Program-made: the position numbers and the translations under genes
DNA from: an uncultured Clostridia bacterium
GTDB taxonomy: Bacteria > Bacillota > Clostridia > Christensenellales > CAG-917
NCBI GenBank assembly: GCA_944360115.1
Contig: CALVTH010000005.1
Coordinates: 413 to 64,412 of the forward strand
Direction: 5' to 3'
DNA: 64,000 bases
Shown here: piece after piece, positions 35,707-43,476 of the stretch
How positions within the stretch are numbered: position 1 is the stretch's first letter
Layout: every line of letters starts with the position of its first letter
Notes under the pieces: model-generated
The model's database searches: none
What the model was told of the DNA's origin: nothing
What the model saw: the letters and a program-made list of their open reading frames with translations, nothing else

Positions 35707-35898
35707 CTTCTGCACAAATGCGCATTTGATATGCGCTTTTTGTGCAGCTTAAACATCGATATTGCAAAATATCGGCATACGGACATCTGCGCAAGCGTGC
35801 ATGGACGCATCTGCGCGTATGTGTATGAGAGGGAACGAGCGCTCCGCGCCGCGTGCGCATAAGCACATCTGCGCAAGGGAGCGGGTGAGGGAACATCT

Positions 35899-37662
35899 AT
35901 GACAGCATTGCTCTCCGCGACAAACGAAGTCTGGCCTCAATGGCTGATTTTCGCCGTCTATATGGCGGTCATTCTCGTCGTCGCCGTCGTCACTCGACGC
36001 AAGAGTGCCAGCGTGGAAGGCTTTATGTTCGCCAACAAGGGCGTGGGCGGGTGGCTGAGCGCGTTCGCGTACGGCGCCACCTATTTTTCCGCCGTCGTTT
36101 TCGTGGGATATGCGGGCAAGTTCGGGTGGAATTTCGGGCTGTCCGCCGTGTGGATAGGCATCGGCAATATGCTCCTCGGCACGCTGGCGGCGTGGCTGGT
36201 GCTCGCCGCGCGCACCAAGCGCATGACCACGACGCTCGCGGCGCGCACGATGCCCGAGTTCTTTGAGAAAAGGTACGAGAGTAAGTACATCAAACTGTTC
36301 GCCGCGCTCGTCGTTTTCATATTCCTGTTGCCGTATTCCGCGTCCGTCTATCAGGGCATGGGCTACATTTTCGAAGCCGCTCTCGGCATAGACGCCAAGT
36401 GGTGCGTGCTCATACTCGCGGGGCTTACCGCGATATATCTCTTCCTCGGCGGTTATTTCGCCACCACCATCACCGACTTCATACAGGGACTCATAATGAT
36501 CGTCGGCATAATAGTCACCGTGTTCGTGCTGCTGGGCAGTCCGCAGATGAACTGGGGCGAAGGGCTGGCGGCGTTGTGGAACGACCCCGACCTCACCCTC
36601 ATTCCCAGCGCGACGACGCCCGCAGGGGGCACCTTCCTGGACAATCAGTTGTTCAATGTGTTCATTCTGGCGTGCCTGACTTCCTTCGGTATGTGGGGAT
36701 TGCCGCAGTCCATACACAAGTTCTATGCCATAAAGGACGGGGCGGCGATAAAGAAAGGCGCGGTCATTTCCACTTTCTTCTCGCTGATTGTCGGTTGCGG
36801 CGCTTACTTTATGGGCAGTATGGTCACCCGTTTCGTGGACGAGGTGCCTGACGGCAATTTCGACAAACTCATCCCCGAAATGCTGGTGAACAATGTGCCG
36901 TCCGCGCTGCTCGGGCTTATCATAGTGCTGTTGTTCTCGGCGTCGATGTCCACGCTCGCCGCGCTGTCGCTGTCGTCCAGCTCGACCGTGACCGTGGACT
37001 TCTACAAGGGCTATCTCCGGAAAAACGCCCCCGAAAAGAATCTCAACATCCTCATCCGTGTGCTTTGTCTGGTGTTCGTGGCGGTGTCGGCGGTGCTTGC
37101 CATCGTCGAAGTGGACGCCATCGTCAGCATGATGAGCCTCAGCTGGGGCGCGGTGGCAGGGTGCTTCGTCGGGCCGTATGTCTACGGACTGTACTCCAGA
37201 AAAGCCAACAAAGCGGGCGCGTACGCGTCGATGATAACCTGTCTCGTGCTCACTTTCTCGCTCATCATAGGGCTGGGATACTATGTGTTGCGCGCCGCGG
37301 GCGGCGACCCGTCCTTCGGCGAAGCGTTCAAGGCGGGCATAGGCAAATCGCCTTTCATAGGCGTGGTGACAATGGCGGCGAGTATGGTGGTCACGCCCGT
37401 GTTCAGTCTCATTTTCGACCGCAGGTGCCGCGTCGGCGAAGGATTGCTGGCGGCGATATTCCCCGCGAAATACCCGAGCGACGAGTATGTGCGCGAGGAC
37501 GGCGCGACGACGGACGAAGCTAGGACGGAGCCCGCGGAGTGCGACGCGGGCAACGGTAAGGGCACGGTGGAATTCCTTGCGGAATTTGCGGAAAAGCAAT
37601 GCGCGGGTTTGCACGCCGCCGACGACGGCGACGCCCCGCAGGACGAGACGGACAAGGCGTAA
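35899..37662 (+). CDS. Sodium:solute symporter (SSS) family transporter with about 90-aa cytoplasmic tail
   Basis: About 13 hydrophobic segments. FMFANKGVGGWLSAFAYGATYFSAVVFVGYAG is typical of PutP/PanF-type carriers. Substrate not inferable. Confidence 0.8.
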   Translation: MTALLSATNEVWPQWLIFAVYMAVILVVAVVTRRKSASVEGFMFANKGVGGWLSAFAYGATYFSAVVFVGYAGKFGWNFGLSAVWIGIGNMLLGTLAAWLVLAARTKRMTTTLAARTMPEFFEKRYESKYIKLFAALVVFIFLLPYSASVYQGMGYIFEAALGIDAKWCVLILAGLTAIYLFLGGYFATTITDFIQGLIMIVGIIVTVFVLLGSPQMNWGEGLAALWNDPDLTLIPSATTPAGGTFLDNQLFNVFILACLTSFGMWGLPQSIHKFYAIKDGAAIKKGAVISTFFSLIVGCGAYFMGSMVTRFVDEVPDGNFDKLIPEMLVNNVPSALLGLIIVLLFSASMSTLAALSLSSSSTVTVDFYKGYLRKNAPEKNLNILIRVLCLVFVAVSAVLAIVEVDAIVSMMSLSWGAVAGCFVGPYVYGLYSRKANKAGAYASMITCLVLTFSLIIGLGYYVLRAAGGDPSFGEAFKAGIGKSPFIGVVTMAASMVVTPVFSLIFDRRCRVGEGLLAAIFPAKYPSDEYVREDGATTDEARTEPAECDAGNGKGTVEFLAEFAEKQCAGLHAADDGDAPQDETDKA

Positions 37663-37681
37663 TCGAAAAACGGAAAAGACA

Positions 37682-37712
37682 CAGAAGCGCGGCTGATACA
37701 GCCGCGCTTCTG
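37682..37712. terminator. Strong hairpin between convergent genes, with a T-run on the minus strand
   Basis: CAGAAGCGCGGCTG-ATA-CAGCCGCGCTTCTG. On the minus strand it is followed by TGTCTTTTCCGTTTTT. Confidence 0.65.
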
Positions 37713-37813
37713 CGTAAGGGGGGAGATTATTTCATCTTGCGTGGGTGCCTGATGATTTGTGCGGTGCGGGGAGAGTGCTCCCCGCGTTGTCCGCGCCTTT
37801 TATTCGGCGGCGG

Positions 37814-38479
37814 TCATTTTTCTTCGAGGACGAGCACCTCGAGGGGGTTGATGTCCGCGCCGTCCTTGCTCATCTCGAAATGCAGGTGGTTGCCCGCGAG
37901 ACTTTCGGAGCCTCTCGTCGCCGCCATGGTGCCGAGCAACTGACCTTTGGTCACTTCGTCGCCCGTCTCGACTTCGAGGTTTTCGGCGAGAGAGTAGTAG
38001 CGGCTCTCGTATCCGTCGTCGTGGGAGACCACGACATAATAGCCGTTGAGGAGATCGTAACCCGTTTCGGAGACGGTGCCGCGTTCGGCGGCGAACACCG
38101 ACAGGTCGTCGCCCGTGAAGTCAACGCCGAGGTGCACCTGATATTGTCCGAGGGTGGGATTCCACACCAGGGTGGCGTCGCTGTATTCCTGCGACACGGA
38201 CCCGTTGACGGGGCAGGCGAAGGACAGGGGTTCGACGACGGGTTGCTGCTGTTCGTCGTCCTTGTCGTCATCGTCGTCGGGCTCGGGCTGAAGCACATCG
38301 TCGCCGGGGTCTCCGTCGGGGTTGACGACGACGGCGCCGTCTTCACCGCTGAAGTCGCCCGTCACGGCGAGCGCTATTATCGTTGCCACGCACGCTATGC
38401 ACAGCACGATGAGGATGTAGAAAACATTACGCTTGAGGAATTCGCCGACTTTTCTTGCTGCGGCAGTCATTTTGCTCAT
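37814..38479 (-). CDS. Membrane-anchored M23 family metallopeptidase
   Basis: HLGVDFTG and GNHLHFEM zinc motifs. N-terminal TM. Acidic linker DDDDDKDDE. ATG 38479 follows GGAGG. Confidence 0.88.
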   Translation of the reverse strand: MSKMTAAARKVGEFLKRNVFYILIVLCIACVATIIALAVTGDFSGEDGAVVVNPDGDPGDDVLQPEPDDDDDKDDEQQQPVVEPLSFACPVNGSVSQEYSDATLVWNPTLGQYQVHLGVDFTGDDLSVFAAERGTVSETGYDLLNGYYVVVSHDDGYESRYYSLAENLEVETGDEVTKGQLLGTMAATRGSESLAGNHLHFEMSKDGADINPLEVLVLEEK

Positions 38480-38585
38480 AGGATACCTCCGTTTGCCCGA
38501 AGTATTGACAGGGACGGGGCGGTTTATACGGAGCGACAAAAAGATTTTTTTGTGTTGTTATCCGTTGCGCCCGCTCAAATGCGTA

Positions 38586-38615
38586 TTGACTGCACGCGCG
38601 CGCGGGAATTATAAT
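38586..38615 (+). promoter_or_regulatory. Promoter of the ANL-ligase cluster (-35 TTGACT 38586-38591, -10 TATAAT 38610-38615). The predicted TSS coincides with the ATG, giving a leaderless mRNA.
   Basis: Near-consensus hexamers, 18-bp spacer. Only 6 nt separate the -10 from ATG 38622, and there is no SD. Confidence 0.5.
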
Positions 38616-38621
38616 CGTTGT

Positions 38622-40154
38622 ATGAGCGGCATAAACGGGTCTATCTATGCCTATATGAGAGACTACCGCGCCAAGGACAGGCGGACGGTGGCTTTCGTGC
38701 GGGGCAGAAAAAAGACTGCGTACGGCAGATTTTTCCGCAGAGTGGACAGGGTTGCGGCGGGGCTTGCCGCGCTCGGAGTGGGCAAAGGCGATGTCGTCAT
38801 GATTGCCACCCCCACAATCGAGCAGGGCGTGACGGCGTTTTATGCCGTCTCCCGCATAGGTGCAATCGCTTCCATGATACATCCGCTCATGGAAAGAGGG
38901 GAGTTCGATTCGGCGGTCGCCGAACAGCACCCCAAAGTCGTTTTTCTTTCGGACATCAATTTCAAAAAACTCGGCAAAGGTCTCAAAGGCGTAAAGAAGG
39001 TGTTGTGTCCGTTCCTCATGGACATTTTCGTCGGATTGCCGCGCGGCGGCAGGTTCACGCCCTGCGACGGCGACGGCAGTCAGCCCGCGGTGTATATGCG
39101 GTCGGGCGGCACCTCGGGAGTCGCAAAGACGGTGGTGCTGTCGGCGGCGGCGGTCAACGCGCTTCCCGACAACCTTTTCAGAACGCTGACGCACAATTCC
39201 TTCGGCGAGGACGACAGAATGCTCGTCGCCCTGCCGATGTTCCACGGGTTCGGACTGCTGGTCGGACTGCACGCGTCGATGAGCACTTCCATGGCGCCCG
39301 TGCTGTTGCCCGTGTTCAATGTGCATAAGGCAATCAAGGCAATCGCCCGAAACGGCGTCACGACGATGATTGCCGTGCCGCGCATGATTTCCAAACTGTT
39401 GTCCTCGCGGGAGTTCGCGGGCGAGAATGTGGCGTCGCTGAAGAATGTGTATGTCGGCGGCGACACCGTGGACGCCGAACTGGAAAACGCTTTCGACGCG
39501 CGCATGAGAGAGGCGGGCGCGGAATGTTTCATGTCGCCGGGTTACGGGCTGACGGAGACGGGCAGCGTGTCGGTGCTGTCGCCCGTGAAAGTGGGCGGCG
39601 CCGCCGTCGGCAAGCCCCTCGACGGTATGCAATGCCGCATAGTAGACGACGAGGGGGCGGAAGCGCCTTTCGGCGAAGTGGGCGAATTGTGGCTGGCGGG
39701 CAATCAGCTTATGACGGGTTATCTCGACGACCCCGAGGGCACGGCGGAAGCCTTTGCCGAAGCCGACGGCAAAAAGTGGGTGAAGACGGGCGACTATTTC
39801 AAGTATCTGCCCGACGGCACGCTGTTTTTCATGGGCAGGAAAAAGCGGCTCATCAAGATTTCGGGGATGAATGTCTATCCCGTGGAAATCGAGAGAGTGG
39901 CGGCGGAATTGCCTTTCGTCGGCGCGTGTGCGGCGGCGGAAGTCCGCGACAACGACAAACCCTATATCGCGCTTTTCGTGGAGGGCGACCTCACCGAGGA
40001 GCAGAAAAAGGAAATAAAGAAGCGCATAGTCTACAAGCTTTCGCGTTGGCACGAGCCGAAGTTCGTCATCTGTATGCGTGAACTTCCCCGCACCAATGTG
40101 GGCAAGACAGACTACAAGAGGTTGCACGATGGATTTGAAATCGGTGCGGAATAA
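38622..40154 (+). CDS. AMP-forming acyl/aryl-CoA ligase (ANL superfamily)
   Basis: SGGTSGVAKTV (P-loop variant), GYGLTETG, TGDY...DGTLFFMGRKKRLIKISGMNVYP, terminal GKTDYK. Confidence 0.85.
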   Translation: MSGINGSIYAYMRDYRAKDRRTVAFVRGRKKTAYGRFFRRVDRVAAGLAALGVGKGDVVMIATPTIEQGVTAFYAVSRIGAIASMIHPLMERGEFDSAVAEQHPKVVFLSDINFKKLGKGLKGVKKVLCPFLMDIFVGLPRGGRFTPCDGDGSQPAVYMRSGGTSGVAKTVVLSAAAVNALPDNLFRTLTHNSFGEDDRMLVALPMFHGFGLLVGLHASMSTSMAPVLLPVFNVHKAIKAIARNGVTTMIAVPRMISKLLSSREFAGENVASLKNVYVGGDTVDAELENAFDARMREAGAECFMSPGYGLTETGSVSVLSPVKVGGAAVGKPLDGMQCRIVDDEGAEAPFGEVGELWLAGNQLMTGYLDDPEGTAEAFAEADGKKWVKTGDYFKYLPDGTLFFMGRKKRLIKISGMNVYPVEIERVAAELPFVGACAAAEVRDNDKPYIALFVEGDLTEEQKKEIKKRIVYKLSRWHEPKFVICMRELPRTNVGKTDYKRLHDGFEIGAE

Positions 40155-41862
40155 GGTGCTGAGAATCGCGCCCGAGGTCACCGTGGAGGAATACCGCGGT
40201 TGCGTCAGGCTGACGGGGGAGCTCGACAGCTGGGACAAGATTTACCGTTGCGGCGTCGCCGCAGTGACCAAGGGTTCGCTCGGCGTGCTCAACGACATCC
40301 GCCTCAAAGGCTTTTCCGAGAAGGTCAAGACGCCCTCTCTCGCCGACGACGCGCTGGAAGGCGCCCGTCCCGATGTGCTGGTGGTGGGCGGAGGTATCAC
40401 GGGCTGCGCAATCGCGCGCGAACTCAGCCGTCTCGACATCTCCGTCCTGCTCGTCGACAAAGCCAATGATGTGGGCACGGGCGCGTCCTGCCGCAACGAC
40501 GGGTGCATACACCCCGGCATAGACCTGCACAAGGGTCAGGCGAAGCTGCATTATGTCCTGCGCGGCAACGAACTTTATCCCGAGATGTGCCGCGAACTGG
40601 GCTGCGATTTCGAGCGGTGGACGCAGATGTTCATGTTCAGCACCTGGTGGGAGCGTTTCATAATCGCGCCGCTCATGATACTCAAGGGCAGATTGCTCGG
40701 AATCCCCAAGGTGGATTTCGTTTCCCGCAGGAAAATAAAACAGATAGAGCAGACCCCGCCGTCGTGGTTCAAGGGCGCGGTGCGTATGGGTTCGGCGGGC
40801 GTGGTGTCGCCCTACAAGGTGACCATAGCCCTTGCCGACAACGCCGTCATGAACGGGGCGCGCATTTCCCTCAACACCGTGGTGACGGGCATGGAAGTCA
40901 GAGACGGCAAGGTCGTCTCCGTGTCCACCAACCGCGGAAAGGTGTATCCCGCCCTCGTCGTCAACGCGGCGGGCGCGTTCAGCGACATAATCGCAGATAT
41001 GGCGGGCGACAGGACTTTCACCATACATCCCCGCAAGGGCACCGACCTCATCCTCGACAAGAAAAAGGCGTTCTACGCCCTGTCTTCGTTTGCGCGGAGT
41101 TATTTCGCGCCGCTTCCGAAAGAACAGAGAGAGCAGGGGCACGAAGCCGTCGGACACACCAAGGGCGGCGGCGTAATGCGCACCGTGGACGGCAACATCC
41201 TCGTCGGACCCGACGCGCACGAACAGCCGTATCGCGAGGACAATTCCACCGACCTCGACAGCGTGAACGCAATCATACGCAAACAGAAGAATGTCGCGGA
41301 GCAACTCTCCGCTGGCGATGTCATCACATACTTCGCGGGGGTGCGCGCGGCAACCTACGAAGAGGATTTCGTGGTGCGCAAGGGCATATTCACGGAAAAT
41401 GTGATAGAGGCGGCGGGCATACAGTCGCCCGGCATAACCGCCGCTCCCGCGATAGCAAAGGATGTCGCAGGCTGGGCAAAGGAAATGCTCGGCGCCAAAG
41501 AAAAGGCGCATTTCGACCCCGTCCGTCCGCACACTCCGCGTCTTGCGGGGCTTTCCGCCGAGAAGAGGGCGGATTATATAGCTGCCAATCCCGACTACGG
41601 CGAAATCGTGTGCCGTTGCGAAGAGGTCAGCAAAGGCGAGATCATAGACGCGCTGGAATCGCCGCTCAAGGTGTGCACGGTGGACGGCGTCAAACGCCGC
41701 GTCCGTCCCGGAATGGGGCGTTGTCAGGGCGGGTTCTGTTCGCCGCTCGTGGTGAAAATCATCGCCGAGCACGAGGGTATCGCGCCCGAAGAGGTGCTGA
41801 AAGGCGACGAGGGCAGTCGCATACTTTTCGGCGACACCAAACACGCGGAGGTCGAGCAATGA
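40129..41862 (+). CDS. FAD-dependent glycerol-3-phosphate dehydrogenase-like oxidoreductase (GlpA-like) with BFD-type [2Fe-2S] domain and an N-terminal BON-like extension
   Basis: DVLVVGGGITGCAIAREL dinucleotide fold, CRCEEVSKGEI...GMGRCQGGFC BFD-like motif. First 81 aa fit a BON pattern. Start position uncertain (ATG 40129 or GTG 40078). Confidence 0.8.
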   Translation: MDLKSVRNKVLRIAPEVTVEEYRGCVRLTGELDSWDKIYRCGVAAVTKGSLGVLNDIRLKGFSEKVKTPSLADDALEGARPDVLVVGGGITGCAIARELSRLDISVLLVDKANDVGTGASCRNDGCIHPGIDLHKGQAKLHYVLRGNELYPEMCRELGCDFERWTQMFMFSTWWERFIIAPLMILKGRLLGIPKVDFVSRRKIKQIEQTPPSWFKGAVRMGSAGVVSPYKVTIALADNAVMNGARISLNTVVTGMEVRDGKVVSVSTNRGKVYPALVVNAAGAFSDIIADMAGDRTFTIHPRKGTDLILDKKKAFYALSSFARSYFAPLPKEQREQGHEAVGHTKGGGVMRTVDGNILVGPDAHEQPYREDNSTDLDSVNAIIRKQKNVAEQLSAGDVITYFAGVRAATYEEDFVVRKGIFTENVIEAAGIQSPGITAAPAIAKDVAGWAKEMLGAKEKAHFDPVRPHTPRLAGLSAEKRADYIAANPDYGEIVCRCEEVSKGEIIDALESPLKVCTVDGVKRRVRPGMGRCQGGFCSPLVVKIIAEHEGIAPEEVLKGDEGSRILFGDTKHAEVEQ

Positions 41863-43106
41863 AAAAGTACGGCGTTATTGTCATAGGCGGCGGTCCCGCG
41901 GGGCTTGCGGCGGCGGAAAGCGCCAAAAAAGCGGGCGCGGAAGTCGTCGTGATCGAGCGCGAAGCGCGTCTCGGCGGCATACTCAAACAGTGCGTGCACG
42001 ACGGATTCGGGCTGATACGCTTCGGCGAGAAGCTCGCGGGTCCCGAGTACGCCGAAAGATACATCGACGAGGTGAAAGCCCTCGGCATAGAATGTCGCAC
42101 GCTGACTTTCGTCACGGGCATAGAGAAGACGCAGGGCGGATTCGTCGTGCACTGCGTCAGCCGCGACGGAGTGGTGTCGTTCGAGGGCGACAGCATAGTG
42201 CTTGCCACAGGTTGCCGCGAGCGGACGGCGAAGCAGGTGCTCATACAGGGCACCCGTCCCGCGGGCGTTTTCACGGCGGGTACGGCGCAGAATTTCGTCA
42301 ACCTCATGGGCAAACTGCCCGCAAAGAAATGCGTCATCCTTGGCAGCGGAGATATAGGTCTCATTATGGCGCGCCGTCTCACCCTTGAGGGCGCCGAAGT
42401 GGAAGGCGTCTACGAGGTCAAGCCCGAGCCGAGCGGACTCACCCGCAACATACACCAGTGTCTCTACGACTTCGATATCCCGCTTCACCTGTCGCACACG
42501 GTGACGAGGGTGTTCGGCACGGACAGGCTCGAAGCCGTGGAAGTGGCGGCGGTGGACGGCGGTATGCGCCCGATAAAGGGCACGGAGCGCATTGTGGAAT
42601 GTGACGCGCTCATACTGTCCGTCGGGCTTATTCCCGAGAACGAACTCGCCGAAAGTCTCGGCGTAAAAATCAATCCTTTCACCAAAGGACCCGACTGCGA
42701 CCAGTCTTATGCTACCAGCGTGGATGGCATATATTCGGCAGGAAACGCACTTAATGTGTTCGATTTGGTGGATTATGTGTCGGAATGTGCGGCAAGCGCG
42801 GGTGCAAACGCCGCCAGAGGCGACAAGGACGGCAAGTGCGTGACGCTTTCGCGCGGGGCGGGATTGCTCTCGTATGTGCCGCACCGCATTTGTCTCGACA
42901 AGCCCCACGACAAGGTGGTGGTGTTCTTCCGCTCGGCAAAGGATATGGACAGAGCGACTCTCCGTATCACCGTGGACGGCAGGGAAGTCTTCAAGAAGAA
43001 ATTCGCTTTCCTGCGCCCGCCGGAAATGCAGAGACTGGAGGTCGATTTCTCGGCGTTCGGTCTCGGCGCGGACAGCGAGCTCGGAATTTCGCTGGAGGAA
43101 AACTGA
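41859..43106 (+). CDS. FAD/NAD(P)-dependent pyridine nucleotide-disulfide oxidoreductase family protein (partner subunit)
   Basis: YGVIVIGGGPAGLAAA and KCVILGSGDIGLIMA Rossmann motifs. ATGA overlap with the upstream stop. Confidence 0.85.
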   Translation: MKKYGVIVIGGGPAGLAAAESAKKAGAEVVVIEREARLGGILKQCVHDGFGLIRFGEKLAGPEYAERYIDEVKALGIECRTLTFVTGIEKTQGGFVVHCVSRDGVVSFEGDSIVLATGCRERTAKQVLIQGTRPAGVFTAGTAQNFVNLMGKLPAKKCVILGSGDIGLIMARRLTLEGAEVEGVYEVKPEPSGLTRNIHQCLYDFDIPLHLSHTVTRVFGTDRLEAVEVAAVDGGMRPIKGTERIVECDALILSVGLIPENELAESLGVKINPFTKGPDCDQSYATSVDGIYSAGNALNVFDLVDYVSECAASAGANAARGDKDGKCVTLSRGAGLLSYVPHRICLDKPHDKVVVFFRSAKDMDRATLRITVDGREVFKKKFAFLRPPEMQRLEVDFSAFGLGADSELGISLEEN

Positions 43107-43116
43107 GGAGGGCGGT

Positions 43117-43458
43117 ATGGAACTTGTGTGTATAGTATGCCCCAAGGGCTGCAGGCTGAAAGTGGAAAACGGTGTCGTCTCGGGCAACACCTGCAAAAAG
43201 GGCGAAGCCTTCGCTCTCGCCGAGAGCACCCGTCCCATGCGCACGGTGTGCACGACGGTGGCGACGGTGTTTCCGTCCATGCCCGTGTTGCCCGTGAGGA
43301 CGGCGGGCGAAATCCCCAAGGACAAAATCGGCGAACTGATGAAACTTGCCGACACCATTCTCGTAAAGGAGAAACTCCGCCGCGGCGACACAGTCGCAAA
43401 AGGCGTGGCGGGCACCGATGTGAATCTCGTCGCCACGGCGTCGATATATACCGATTGA
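43117..43458 (+). CDS. DUF1667 domain protein
   Basis: MELVCIVCPKGCRLKVE...GNTCKKG pattern. Usual third member of this dehydrogenase triad. Confidence 0.8.
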   Translation: MELVCIVCPKGCRLKVENGVVSGNTCKKGEAFALAESTRPMRTVCTTVATVFPSMPVLPVRTAGEIPKDKIGELMKLADTILVKEKLRRGDTVAKGVAGTDVNLVATASIYTD

Positions 43459-43476
43459 AGCAACAGGAGGGAAAAT

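Noticed and set aside
40503-43106. 867-aa tracked ORF spanning the GlpA-like gene and the next gene
   Set aside because: The first ~450 codons are an Arg-rich out-of-frame read of the GlpA-like gene. The real protein starts at ATG 41859 (MKKYGVIVIGGGPAGL), with an ATGA overlap to the upstream stop.
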